Below, one piece after another: positions 9,084 through 19,040 of a stretch of DNA of 38,373 bases; within the stretch, counting starts at the first letter, position 1, and each line of letters starts with the position of its first letter. The notes beneath the pieces are model-generated. The model did not search any database, was not told the origin of the DNA, and saw only the letters and a list, made by a program, of their open reading frames with translations. This DNA is from a plasmid: the sequence record NZ_CP066438.1; one strand, given 5' to 3'. A program made the translations under genes and the position numbers.

Positions 9084-10582
9084 GGCTCTTTGTCAAATGA
9101 TGTTGGTAAAGAGAAATCTTAGAATAATTGGAGATCAAGTGGATCAGTTCCTCTTGATCTTTTTTAGTTGAAAATCAATGCGTTGCCATGACGAATCATG
9201 ATGCGCAATTTGAAATTATAAAAGCTACGAAAGCCATATGCATTTCGTTTTAACACTTTGATATGGTTGTTCAGACATTCAAGTGGGCCATTTGAATAAC
9301 TTTGTTGTAAAGCATTTTTGATTTGTGGCAGAAATTTCTGGAACGTTCTCAAGGTCGTCTGATAGCCTTCGGGAAGCATGATATTATTGGTAAGTAGTTC
9401 TTCAAACGATACGTAGTCTCGTTCCTTTACAGCGTAAAGAAAGTCTTGATATAACTGATAGCCTACACGCAAAGCAGGGCTCCCTTTCAGTAAGCGATCC
9501 ACAATATCGGTCTCTGTTAAATGAGCTTTGAAGCCAGGTCGCCAAAGGCGTCGAGTATAATCAAGCTTGCGTTCATCTTTTTGAAGAAGTTTCCAGTATC
9601 TTTTTAATTGCTTACCTAATTGATAGTGTTTTTGTTCTTTGCTTTTTAATAGTTGGTTCGTTTCTTTGATTCGATGATTGCGAAAGGTACGACCAATATG
9701 TTGGACGATGTGAAACCGGTCAATAATCAGCTGTGCTTTTGGAAACAGCTTTTTAACGAGCGATACATAAGGAGCGTACATATCAATCACGATCCATTCG
9801 ACCGCTTCACGAATTTCTCGTGAAAAATGACTAAAATAACGTTTTAAAAAAGGCAGTTGTCGGTTCTCGACAATGTCCAATAAGCGCTGTGTTTGTCCAT
9901 CCATCATGATGAAACTCATAGCACCTGAAACACCCCGAACTGATTTGAATTCATCAAAACAAAGTACCTTAGGTAACGGTGTCCGAAAAGGATTCAACGG
10001 ACGATAAAATCGCTTCATAATACGGTAAACAGAAGAGACCGATAGATTTTTCTGAGCGGCGATCTCTGTCATTGAGGTATTTTTTTTCAGACGAGTCACG
10101 ACAGACCAGCGGACTTTCTCACTGATGAAACAATGTTTTTTCGCAACAGAAGTATCTGCGACAAAGGTCCGCTGACAAGCTTTGCATTTGAAGCGTTGCT
10201 TTTTCAATTCGAGGTAGGTACGGTATTCAGAAACATCGTTCATTAACAACCGGACGGTTGTTGTACCCCAACGCACAATATCTGAAGCAATCTGGTGTTT
10301 ACAGTGGATGCATTCTTGGGCTGTATAAATCAAGTTTCCACGATAAATATGACAGATTTGCCCTTTGTATTTTTCTTTTGTGAGACAATTTTCGTTAAAA
10401 GTAACTGATAAGTCTAGAATATCTAATGTTTCTTTGATAAGGTGAGTGTAAGACATCTTGATTCCTCCTTTTGGGTTGGTTCGCCAAATTAATTCTAAAG
10501 GATTTCAAGGTGTCTTTTCTATATGTTTTGGAAAATAAAAAAGATGCTGGTGTCATCCACCAACATCAAAAAGTATAGAGCC
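9084..10582 (-). mobile_element. IS1251 (ISL3 family) copy 1, 1499 bp, flanked by 8-bp direct repeat TCTTTTCT
   Basis: Imperfect inverted repeats ggctctttgtcaaatgatgttggt... / ...accaacatcaaaaagtatagagcc. Identical 8-mer at 9076-9083 and 10583-10590. Confidence 0.9.
9164..10456 (-). CDS. tnp: IS1251 transposase (ISL3 family), 430 aa
   Basis: MSYTHLIKETLDILDLSVTFNENCLTKEKYKGQICHIYRGNLIYTAQECIHCKHQ...; identical to the second copy. Confidence 0.9.
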   Translation of the reverse strand: MSYTHLIKETLDILDLSVTFNENCLTKEKYKGQICHIYRGNLIYTAQECIHCKHQIASDIVRWGTTTVRLLMNDVSEYRTYLELKKQRFKCKACQRTFVADTSVAKKHCFISEKVRWSVVTRLKKNTSMTEIAAQKNLSVSSVYRIMKRFYRPLNPFRTPLPKVLCFDEFKSVRGVSGAMSFIMMDGQTQRLLDIVENRQLPFLKRYFSHFSREIREAVEWIVIDMYAPYVSLVKKLFPKAQLIIDRFHIVQHIGRTFRNHRIKETNQLLKSKEQKHYQLGKQLKRYWKLLQKDERKLDYTRRLWRPGFKAHLTETDIVDRLLKGSPALRVGYQLYQDFLYAVKERDYVSFEELLTNNIMLPEGYQTTLRTFQKFLPQIKNALQQSYSNGPLECLNNHIKVLKRNAYGFRSFYNFKLRIMIRHGNALIFN

Positions 10583-10803
10583 TCTTTTCTGAAGTACATC
10601 CGCAACTGTCCATACTCTGATGTTTTATATCTTTTCTAAAAGTTCGCTAGATAGAGTTCTATATTAGAGATGTAAAGAGTTTTGGTGAAGAGGTTTGTGA
10701 GTATGGCTTTTATAACCAGGGTGCAATGAGAAGCACTAACAGCAGCTAGCTTAAGAACGCATAGGATATACTTTTTATGGAAGTCACAGAGGAGGAATAA
10801 AAT

Positions 10804-11321
10804 TTGAACAGGATTAACAGAGTAACCTCTATTCTTATTCAGCTGCAATCAAAAAAAATAATTCCTGCCAAAGAAATTGCACAGCGATTTAATATAAGCT
10901 TAAGGACAGTTTACAGAGATATCCGGACACTTGAAGAAGCCGGAATACCAATTGGATCTGAGGCCGGAAAAGGATATTTTCTTGTAGAGGGCTTCCTACT
11001 TCCGCCGGTAATGTTTACAGCGGCGGAAGTGGGTGCATTGATTACAGCAGGGAAATTTTTAAATTGCCATGGAGATGAATCATTTATAAAGGATTTTGAT
11101 TCAGCTATGTATAAAATCAAATCTATTTTGAAGCATGGTGAAAAAAACTATGCACAGGAGTTGGAGAACAGTATTAACGTGTACAGCACATCTGGACAGA
11201 AAAATACATTGGCGGATAACGTTATTGCAGCAATTCAGACTGCAATCTGCAATAAAAGGGTAATATCAATTCAATATCCTGCATCAGGAGGGCAAGAACC
11301 GGAAAGCAGAATGATAGAGCC
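10804..11321 (+). pseudogene. HTH-WYL (YafY/BrxR-like) transcriptional regulator, 3'-truncated by IS1216
   Basis: TTG start after ggagg. N-terminal DeoR-like HTH (ISLRTVYRDIRTLEEAGIPI), then the start of a WYL domain (KRVISIQY); reading frame runs into the IS1216 inverted repeat at 11322. Confidence 0.6.
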
Positions 11322-12130
11322 GGTTCTGTTGCAAAGTTTTAAATAAAGAATAAAATCCCTTACGGTATCTATGATTTAAGCTGGGATTCCCAATAATACC
11401 TTGATTTCAGTACAGACCGAAAACCCGAAGAGAGTGCCTTCTTTTCGGGTTTTCTTATATAATCCTCGAATGGCTTCCATGCCTTTAATCGTGGTAGAGG
11501 CAGTGCGTAAACTTCGATAGAATTTATTGCGTCTCTTTACTGGACGATGGTCTTGTTCAATCAAATTATTCAGGTATTTAATGGTACGATGTTCTGTCCC
11601 TTGATAAAAGCCGTATTCTTTTAGTTTCTTAAAGGCACTTGTAATAGAGGGGGCTTTATCTGTGACTACAACCTTCGGTTCATCAAACTGCTTCACTAAC
11701 CGCTTAAGAAAAGCATAGGCTGCTTGTGTGTCCCGTTTTTTACGTAACCAAATATCCAAGGTTAAACCATCTGCATCGATGGCTCGATACAAATAATGCC
11801 ATTTTCCTTTAATTTTGATGTACGTTTCATCCATTTTCCATGAATAAAAGGATTTTTTATTTTTCTTTTTCCAAATTTGATAGAGTAGTTTGCCATATTC
11901 TTGCACCCAACGATAAATCGTCGTATGAGAAACGTTAATGCCACGATCATATAAGATTTCTTGAACTTCACGATAGCTAAGGTTATAACGAAGATAGTAG
12001 CCCACGGCTACAATAATCACATCCTGCTGAAATTGCTTTCCTTTAAAATGATTCATCGTCATTCCTCCTGCTATCTTTTTCTATTATTCTACCTTATTTG
12101 ATAGTAGATTTAAAACTTTGCAACAGAACC
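11322..12130 (-). mobile_element. IS1216 copy 2 (T at element position 455, Asp95 allele)
   Basis: Same inverted repeats as copy 1; SNP t11776. Confidence 0.9.
11376..12062 (-). CDS. tnp: IS1216 transposase, Asp95 allele
   Basis: Identical to copy 1 except RAIDADGLT. Confidence 0.95.
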   Translation of the reverse strand: MTMNHFKGKQFQQDVIIVAVGYYLRYNLSYREVQEILYDRGINVSHTTIYRWVQEYGKLLYQIWKKKNKKSFYSWKMDETYIKIKGKWHYLYRAIDADGLTLDIWLRKKRDTQAAYAFLKRLVKQFDEPKVVVTDKAPSITSAFKKLKEYGFYQGTEHRTIKYLNNLIEQDHRPVKRRNKFYRSLRTASTTIKGMEAIRGLYKKTRKEGTLFGFSVCTEIKVLLGIPA

Positions 12131-12244
12131 AATTATGCGGTAAAGCTATATAAAGAAGGAAATATGACTGTAAATCAAATTTGTGAAATTACTAATGTAT
12201 CTAGGGCTTCATTATACAGGAAATTATCAGAAGTGAATAATTAG
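12131..12244 (+). pseudogene. 3' fragment of the Tn1546 resolvase (orf2) C-terminal HTH, cut by IS1216
   Basis: Start-less frame ...YAVKLYKEGNMTVNQICEITNVSRASLYRKLSEVNN* abuts the IS1216 end directly. Confidence 0.6.
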
Positions 12245-12457
12245 CCATTCTGTATTCCGCTAATGGGCAATATTTTTAAAGAAGAAAAGGAAACTATAAA
12301 ATATTAACAGCCTCCTAGCGATGCCGAAAAGCCCTTTGATAAAAAAAGAATCATCATCTTAAGAAATTCTTAGTCATTTATTATGTAAATGCTTATAAAT
12401 TCGGCCCTATAATCTGATAAATTATTAAGGGCAAACTTATGTGAAAGGGTGATAACT

Positions 12458-13153
12458 ATGAGCGATAAAATACTTATTGTGGATGATGAACATGAAATTG
12501 CCGATTTGGTTGAATTATACTTAAAAAACGAGAATTATACGGTTTTCAAATACTATACCGCCAAAGAAGCATTGGAATGTATAGACAAGTCTGAGATTGA
12601 CCTTGCCATATTGGACATCATGCTTCCCGGCACAAGCGGCCTTACTATCTGTCAAAAAATAAGGGACAAGCACACCTATCCGATTATCATGCTGACCGGG
12701 AAAGATACAGAGGTAGATAAAATTACAGGGTTAACAATCGGCGCGGATGATTATATAACGAAGCCCTTTCGCCCACTGGAGTTAATTGCTCGGGTAAAGG
12801 CCCAGTTGCGCCGATACAAAAAATTCAGTGGAGTAAAGGAGCAGAACGAAAATGTTATCGTCCACTCCGGCCTTGTCATTAATGTTAACACCCATGAGTG
12901 TTATCTGAACGAGAAGCAGTTATCCCTTACTCCCACCGAGTTTTCAATACTGCGAATCCTCTGTGAAAACAAGGGGAATGTGGTTAGCTCCGAGCTGCTA
13001 TTTCATGAGATATGGGGCGACGAATATTTCAGCAAGAGCAACAACACCATCACCGTGCATATCCGGCATTTGCGCGAAAAAATGAACGACACCATTGATA
13101 ATCCGAAATATATAAAAACGGTATGGGGGGTTGGTTATAAAATTGAAAAATAA
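12458..13153 (+). CDS. vanR: response regulator VanR
   Basis: 231-aa OmpR-family protein MSDKILIVDDEHEIADLVELYLKNENYTVFKYYTAKEALE... Confidence 0.95.
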   Translation: MSDKILIVDDEHEIADLVELYLKNENYTVFKYYTAKEALECIDKSEIDLAILDIMLPGTSGLTICQKIRDKHTYPIIMLTGKDTEVDKITGLTIGADDYITKPFRPLELIARVKAQLRRYKKFSGVKEQNENVIVHSGLVINVNTHECYLNEKQLSLTPTEFSILRILCENKGNVVSSELLFHEIWGDEYFSKSNNTITVHIRHLREKMNDTIDNPKYIKTVWGVGYKIEK

Positions 13154-14285
13154 AAAAAACGACTATTCCAAACTAGAACGAAAACTTTACATGTATATCG
13201 TTGCAATTGTTGTGGTAGCAATTGTATTCGTGTTGTATATTCGTTCAATGATCCGAGGGAAACTTGGGGATTGGATCTTAAGTATTTTGGAAAACAAATA
13301 TGACTTAAATCACCTGGACGCGATGAAATTATATCAATATTCCATACGGAACAATATAGATATCTTTATTTATGTGGCGATTGTCATTAGTATTCTTATT
13401 CTATGTCGCGTCATGCTTTCAAAATTCGCAAAATACTTTGACGAGATAAATACCGGCATTGATGTACTTATTCAGAACGAAGATAAACAAATTGAGCTTT
13501 CTGCGGAAATGGATGTTATGGAACAAAAGCTCAACACATTAAAACGGACTCTGGAAAAGCGAGAGCAGGATGCAAAGCTGGCCGAACAAAGAAAAAATGA
13601 CGTTGTTATGTACTTGGCGCACGATATTAAAACGCCCCTTACATCCATTATCGGTTATTTGAGCCTGCTTGACGAGGCTCCAGACATGCCGGTAGATCAA
13701 AAGGCAAAGTATGTGCATATCACGTTGGACAAAGCGTATCGACTCGAACAGCTAATCGACGAGTTTTTTGAGATTACACGGTATAACCTACAAACGATAA
13801 CGCTAACAAAAACGCACATAGACCTATACTATATGCTGGTGCAGATGACCGATGAATTTTATCCTCAGCTTTCCGCACATGGAAAACAGGCGGTTATTCA
13901 CGCCCCCGAGGATCTGACCGTGTCCGGCGACCCTGATAAACTCGCGAGAGTCTTTAACAACATTTTGAAAAACGCCGCTGCATACAGTGAGGATAACAGC
14001 ATCATTGACATTACCGCGGGCCTCTCCGGGGATGTGGTGTCAATCGAATTCAAGAACACTGGAAGCATCCCAAAAGATAAGCTAGCTGCCATATTTGAAA
14101 AGTTCTATAGGCTGGACAATGCTCGTTCTTCCGATACGGGTGGCGCGGGACTTGGATTGGCGATTGCAAAAGAAATTATTGTTCAGCATGGAGGGCAGAT
14201 TTACGCGGAAAGCAATGATAACTATACGACGTTTAGGGTAGAGCTTCCAGCGATGCCAGACTTGGTTGATAAAAGGAGGTCCTAA
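13131..14285 (+). CDS. vanS: sensor histidine kinase VanS
   Basis: 384 aa, TTG start overlapping vanR; H-box AHDIKTPLTS, G-box GGAGLGLAIAKEI. Confidence 0.95.
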   Translation: MVIKLKNKKNDYSKLERKLYMYIVAIVVVAIVFVLYIRSMIRGKLGDWILSILENKYDLNHLDAMKLYQYSIRNNIDIFIYVAIVISILILCRVMLSKFAKYFDEINTGIDVLIQNEDKQIELSAEMDVMEQKLNTLKRTLEKREQDAKLAEQRKNDVVMYLAHDIKTPLTSIIGYLSLLDEAPDMPVDQKAKYVHITLDKAYRLEQLIDEFFEITRYNLQTITLTKTHIDLYYMLVQMTDEFYPQLSAHGKQAVIHAPEDLTVSGDPDKLARVFNNILKNAAAYSEDNSIIDITAGLSGDVVSIEFKNTGSIPKDKLAAIFEKFYRLDNARSSDTGGAGLGLAIAKEIIVQHGGQIYAESNDNYTTFRVELPAMPDLVDKRRS

Positions 14286-14302
14286 GAGATGTATATAATT
14301 TT

Positions 14303-15801
14303 GGCTCTTTGTCAAATGATGTTGGTAAAGAGAAATCTTAGAATAATTGGAGATCAAGTGGATCAGTTCCTCTTGATCTTTTTTAGTTGAAAATCAATGC
14401 GTTGCCATGACGAATCATGATGCGCAATTTGAAATTATAAAAGCTACGAAAGCCATATGCATTTCGTTTTAACACTTTGATATGGTTGTTCAGACATTCA
14501 AGTGGGCCATTTGAATAACTTTGTTGTAAAGCATTTTTGATTTGTGGCAGAAATTTCTGGAACGTTCTCAAGGTCGTCTGATAGCCTTCGGGAAGCATGA
14601 TATTATTGGTAAGTAGTTCTTCAAACGATACGTAGTCTCGTTCCTTTACAGCGTAAAGAAAGTCTTGATATAACTGATAGCCTACACGCAAAGCAGGGCT
14701 CCCTTTCAGTAAGCGATCCACAATATCGGTCTCTGTTAAATGAGCTTTGAAGCCAGGTCGCCAAAGGCGTCGAGTATAATCAAGCTTGCGTTCATCTTTT
14801 TGAAGAAGTTTCCAGTATCTTTTTAATTGCTTACCTAATTGATAGTGTTTTTGTTCTTTGCTTTTTAATAGTTGGTTCGTTTCTTTGATTCGATGATTGC
14901 GAAAGGTACGACCAATATGTTGGACGATGTGAAACCGGTCAATAATCAGCTGTGCTTTTGGAAACAGCTTTTTAACGAGCGATACATAAGGAGCGTACAT
15001 ATCAATCACGATCCATTCGACCGCTTCACGAATTTCTCGTGAAAAATGACTAAAATAACGTTTTAAAAAAGGCAGTTGTCGGTTCTCGACAATGTCCAAT
15101 AAGCGCTGTGTTTGTCCATCCATCATGATGAAACTCATAGCACCTGAAACACCCCGAACTGATTTGAATTCATCAAAACAAAGTACCTTAGGTAACGGTG
15201 TCCGAAAAGGATTCAACGGACGATAAAATCGCTTCATAATACGGTAAACAGAAGAGACCGATAGATTTTTCTGAGCGGCGATCTCTGTCATTGAGGTATT
15301 TTTTTTCAGACGAGTCACGACAGACCAGCGGACTTTCTCACTGATGAAACAATGTTTTTTCGCAACAGAAGTATCTGCGACAAAGGTCCGCTGACAAGCT
15401 TTGCATTTGAAGCGTTGCTTTTTCAATTCGAGGTAGGTACGGTATTCAGAAACATCGTTCATTAACAACCGGACGGTTGTTGTACCCCAACGCACAATAT
15501 CTGAAGCAATCTGGTGTTTACAGTGGATGCATTCTTGGGCTGTATAAATCAAGTTTCCACGATAAATATGACAGATTTGCCCTTTGTATTTTTCTTTTGT
15601 GAGACAATTTTCGTTAAAAGTAACTGATAAGTCTAGAATATCTAATGTTTCTTTGATAAGGTGAGTGTAAGACATCTTGATTCCTCCTTTTGGGTTGGTT
15701 CGCCAAATTAATTCTAAAGGATTTCAAGGTGTCTTTTCTATATGTTTTGGAAAATAAAAAAGATGCTGGTGTCATCCACCAACATCAAAAAGTATAGAGC
15801 C
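14303..15801 (-). mobile_element. IS1251 copy 2 in the vanS-vanH intergenic region, 1499 bp, 8-bp direct repeat ATAATTTT
   Basis: Identical 8-mer at 14295-14302 and 15802-15809; same inverted repeats as copy 1. Confidence 0.9.
14383..15675 (-). CDS. tnp: IS1251 transposase
   Basis: Identical 430-aa protein. Confidence 0.9.
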   Translation of the reverse strand: MSYTHLIKETLDILDLSVTFNENCLTKEKYKGQICHIYRGNLIYTAQECIHCKHQIASDIVRWGTTTVRLLMNDVSEYRTYLELKKQRFKCKACQRTFVADTSVAKKHCFISEKVRWSVVTRLKKNTSMTEIAAQKNLSVSSVYRIMKRFYRPLNPFRTPLPKVLCFDEFKSVRGVSGAMSFIMMDGQTQRLLDIVENRQLPFLKRYFSHFSREIREAVEWIVIDMYAPYVSLVKKLFPKAQLIIDRFHIVQHIGRTFRNHRIKETNQLLKSKEQKHYQLGKQLKRYWKLLQKDERKLDYTRRLWRPGFKAHLTETDIVDRLLKGSPALRVGYQLYQDFLYAVKERDYVSFEELLTNNIMLPEGYQTTLRTFQKFLPQIKNALQQSYSNGPLECLNNHIKVLKRNAYGFRSFYNFKLRIMIRHGNALIFN

Positions 15802-15869
15802 ATAATTTTTTAGGAAAATCTCAAGGTTATCTTTACTTTTTCTTAGGAAATTAACAATTTAATATTAAG

Positions 15870-15920
15870 AAACGGCTCGTTCTTACACGGTAGACTTAAT
15901 ACCGTAAGAACGAGCCGTTT
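15870..15920 (+). terminator. 17-bp stem hairpin (aaacggctcgttcttac / gtaagaacgagccgttt) in the vanS-vanH spacer
   Basis: Perfect inverted repeat followed by a T-rich tract; lies upstream of the vanH promoter region. Confidence 0.45.
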
Positions 15921-16006
15921 TCGTTCTTCAGAGAAAGATTTGACAAGATTACCATTGGCATCCCCGTTTTATTTGGTGCCTTTCACAGAAAGGGTTGGTC
16001 TTAATT

Positions 16007-16975
16007 ATGAATAACATCGGCATTACTGTTTATGGATGTGAGCAGGATGAGGCAGATGCATTCCATGCTCTTTCGCCTCGCTTTGGCGTTATGGCAACGA
16101 TAATTAACGCCAACGTGTCGGAATCCAACGCCAAATCCGCGCCTTTCAATCAATGTATCAGTGTGGGACATAAATCAGAGATTTCCGCCTCTATTCTTCT
16201 TGCGCTGAAGAGAGCCGGTGTGAAATATATTTCTACCCGAAGCATCGGCTGCAATCATATAGATACAACTGCTGCTAAGAGAATGGGCATCACTGTCGAC
16301 AATGTGGCGTACTCGCCGGATAGCGTTGCCGATTATACTATGATGCTAATTCTTATGGCAGTACGCAACGTAAAATCGATTGTGCGCTCTGTGGAAAAAC
16401 ATGATTTCAGGTTGGACAGCGACCGTGGCAAGGTACTCAGCGACATGACAGTTGGTGTGGTGGGAACGGGCCAGATAGGCAAAGCGGTTATTGAGCGGCT
16501 GCGAGGATTTGGATGTAAAGTGTTGGCTTATAGTCGCAGCCGAAGTATAGAGGTAAACTATGTACCGTTTGATGAGTTGCTGCAAAATAGCGATATCGTT
16601 ACGCTTCATGTGCCGCTCAATACGGATACGCACTATATTATCAGCCACGAACAAATACAGAGAATGAAGCAAGGAGCATTTCTTATCAATACTGGGCGCG
16701 GTCCACTTGTAGATACCTATGAGTTGGTTAAAGCATTAGAAAACGGGAAACTGGGCGGTGCCGCATTGGATGTATTGGAAGGAGAGGAAGAGTTTTTCTA
16801 CTCTGATTGCACCCAAAAACCAATTGATAATCAATTTTTACTTAAACTTCAAAGAATGCCTAACGTGATAATCACACCGCATACGGCCTATTATACCGAG
16901 CAAGCGTTGCGTGATACCGTTGAAAAAACCATTAAAAACTGTTTGGATTTTGAAAGGAGACAGGAGCATGAATAG
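16007..16975 (+). CDS. vanH: D-lactate dehydrogenase VanH
   Basis: MNNIGITVYGCEQDEADAFHALSPRFGVMATIINANVSESN...; 322 aa; overlaps vanA start. Confidence 0.95.
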   Translation: MNNIGITVYGCEQDEADAFHALSPRFGVMATIINANVSESNAKSAPFNQCISVGHKSEISASILLALKRAGVKYISTRSIGCNHIDTTAAKRMGITVDNVAYSPDSVADYTMMLILMAVRNVKSIVRSVEKHDFRLDSDRGKVLSDMTVGVVGTGQIGKAVIERLRGFGCKVLAYSRSRSIEVNYVPFDELLQNSDIVTLHVPLNTDTHYIISHEQIQRMKQGAFLINTGRGPLVDTYELVKALENGKLGGAALDVLEGEEEFFYSDCTQKPIDNQFLLKLQRMPNVIITPHTAYYTEQALRDTVEKTIKNCLDFERRQEHE

Positions 16976-17999
16976 AATAAAAGTTGCAATACTGTTTGGG
17001 GGTTGCTCAGAGGAGCATGACGTATCGGTAAAATCTGCAATAGAGATAGCCGCTAACATTAATAAAGAAAAATACGAGCCGTTATACATTGGAATTACGA
17101 AATCTGGTGTATGGAAAATGTGCGAAAAACCTTGCGCGGAATGGGAAAACGACAATTGCTATTCAGCTGTACTCTCGCCGGATAAAAAAATGCACGGATT
17201 ACTTGTTAAAAAGAACCATGAATATGAAATCAACCATGTTGATGTAGCATTTTCAGCTTTGCATGGCAAGTCAGGTGAAGATGGATCCATACAAGGTCTG
17301 TTTGAATTGTCCGGTATCCCTTTTGTAGGCTGCGATATTCAAAGCTCAGCAATTTGTATGGACAAATCGTTGACATACATCGTTGCGAAAAATGCTGGGA
17401 TAGCTACTCCCGCCTTTTGGGTTATTAATAAAGATGATAGGCCGGTGGCAGCTACGTTTACCTATCCTGTTTTTGTTAAGCCGGCGCGTTCAGGCTCATC
17501 CTTCGGTGTGAAAAAAGTCAATAGCGCGGACGAATTGGACTACGCAATTGAATCGGCAAGACAATATGACAGCAAAATCTTAATTGAGCAGGCTGTTTCG
17601 GGCTGTGAGGTCGGTTGTGCGGTATTGGGAAACAGTGCCGCGTTAGCTGTTGGCGAGGTGGACCAAATCAGGCTGCAGTACGGAATCTTTCGTATTCATC
17701 AGGAAGTCGAGCCGGAAAAAGGCTCTGAAAACGCAGTTATAACCGTTCCCGCAGACCTTTCAGCAGAGGAGCGAGGACGGATACAGGAAACGGCAAAAAA
17801 AATATATAAAGCGCTCGGCTGTAGAGGTCTAGCCCGTGTGGATATGTTTTTACAAGATAACGGCCGCATTGTACTGAACGAAGTCAATACTCTGCCCGGT
17901 TTCACGTCATACAGTCGTTATCCCCGTATGATGGCCGCTGCAGGTATTGCACTTCCCGAACTGATTGACCGCTTGATCGTATTAGCGTTAAAGGGGTGA
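16968..17999 (+). CDS. vanA: D-Ala-D-Lac ligase VanA
   Basis: 343 aa, MNRIKVAILFGGCSEEHDVSVKSAIEIAANINKEKYEPLYIG... Confidence 0.97.
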   Translation: MNRIKVAILFGGCSEEHDVSVKSAIEIAANINKEKYEPLYIGITKSGVWKMCEKPCAEWENDNCYSAVLSPDKKMHGLLVKKNHEYEINHVDVAFSALHGKSGEDGSIQGLFELSGIPFVGCDIQSSAICMDKSLTYIVAKNAGIATPAFWVINKDDRPVAATFTYPVFVKPARSGSSFGVKKVNSADELDYAIESARQYDSKILIEQAVSGCEVGCAVLGNSAALAVGEVDQIRLQYGIFRIHQEVEPEKGSENAVITVPADLSAEERGRIQETAKKIYKALGCRGLARVDMFLQDNGRIVLNEVNTLPGFTSYSRYPRMMAAAGIALPELIDRLIVLALKG

Positions 18000-18004
18000 T
18001 AAGC

Positions 18005-18613
18005 ATGGAAATAGGATTTACTTTTTTAGATGAAATAGTACACGGTGTTCGTTGGGACGCTAAATATGCCACTTGGGATAATTTCACCGGAAAACCGGTT
18101 GACGGTTATGAAGTAAATCGCATTGTAGGGACATACGAGTTGGCTGAATCGCTTTTGAAGGCAAAAGAACTGGCTGCTACCCAAGGGTACGGATTGCTTC
18201 TATGGGACGGTTACCGTCCTAATCGTGCTGTAAACTGTTTTATGCAATGGGCTGCACAGCCGGAAAATAACCTGACAAAGGAAAGTTATTATCCCAATAT
18301 TGACCGAACTGAGATGATTTCAAAAGGATACGTGGCTTCAAAATCAAGCCATAGCCGCGGCAGTGCCATTGATCTTACGCTTTATCGATTAGACACGGGT
18401 GAGCTTGTACCAATGGGGAGCCGATTTGATTTTATGGATGAACGCTCTCATCATGCGGCAAATGGAATATCATGCAATGAAGCGCAAAATCGCAGACGTT
18501 TGCGCTCCATCATGGAAAACAGTGGGTTTGAAGCATATAGCCTCGAATGGTGGCACTATGTATTAAGAGACGAACCATACCCCAATAGCTATTTTGATTT
18601 CCCCGTTAAATAA
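18005..18613 (+). CDS. vanX: D-Ala-D-Ala dipeptidase VanX
   Basis: 202 aa, MEIGFTFLDEIVHGVRWDAKYATWDNFTGKPVDGYEV... Confidence 0.95.
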   Translation: MEIGFTFLDEIVHGVRWDAKYATWDNFTGKPVDGYEVNRIVGTYELAESLLKAKELAATQGYGLLLWDGYRPNRAVNCFMQWAAQPENNLTKESYYPNIDRTEMISKGYVASKSSHSRGSAIDLTLYRLDTGELVPMGSRFDFMDERSHHAANGISCNEAQNRRRLRSIMENSGFEAYSLEWWHYVLRDEPYPNSYFDFPVK

Positions 18614-19040
18614 ACTTTTAACCGTTGCACGGACAAACTATATAAGCTAACTCTTTCGGCAGGAAACCCGACGTATGTAACTGGTTCTTAGGGAATTTAT
18701 ATATAGTAGATAGTATTGAAGATGTAAGGCAGAGCGATATTGCGGTCATTATCTGCGTGCGCTGCGGCAAGATAGCCTGATAATAAGACTGATCGCATAG
18801 AGGGGTGGTATTTCACACCGCCCATTGTCAACAGGCAGTTCAGCCTCGTTAAATTCAGCATGGGTATCACTTATGAAAATTCATCTACATTGGTGATAAT
18901 AGTAAATCCAGTAGGGCGAAATAATTGACTGTAATTTACGGGGCAAAACGGCACAATCTCAAACGAGATTGTGCCGTTTAAGGGGAAGATTCTAGAAATA
19001 TTTCATACTTCCAACTATATAGTTAAGGAGGAGACTGAAA

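Noticed and set aside
10575-11321. IS1251 terminal 8-mer ATAGAGCC reappears as the 8 bp immediately left of IS1216 copy 2 (11314-11321)
   Set aside because: A single 8-bp coincidence found post hoc; there it is coding sequence of the WYL gene (...IEP), so most likely chance.
13898-14357. Minus-strand ORFs overlapping the vanS 3' end and the IS1251 junction
   Set aside because: Antisense to vanS and crossing the IS boundary; artefacts.
16346-18087. Minus-strand ORFs 16346-16672, 16838-17155, 17699-17905, 17902-18087
   Set aside because: All lie antisense within vanH/vanA, which are unambiguous; higher GC inflates spurious ORF length.
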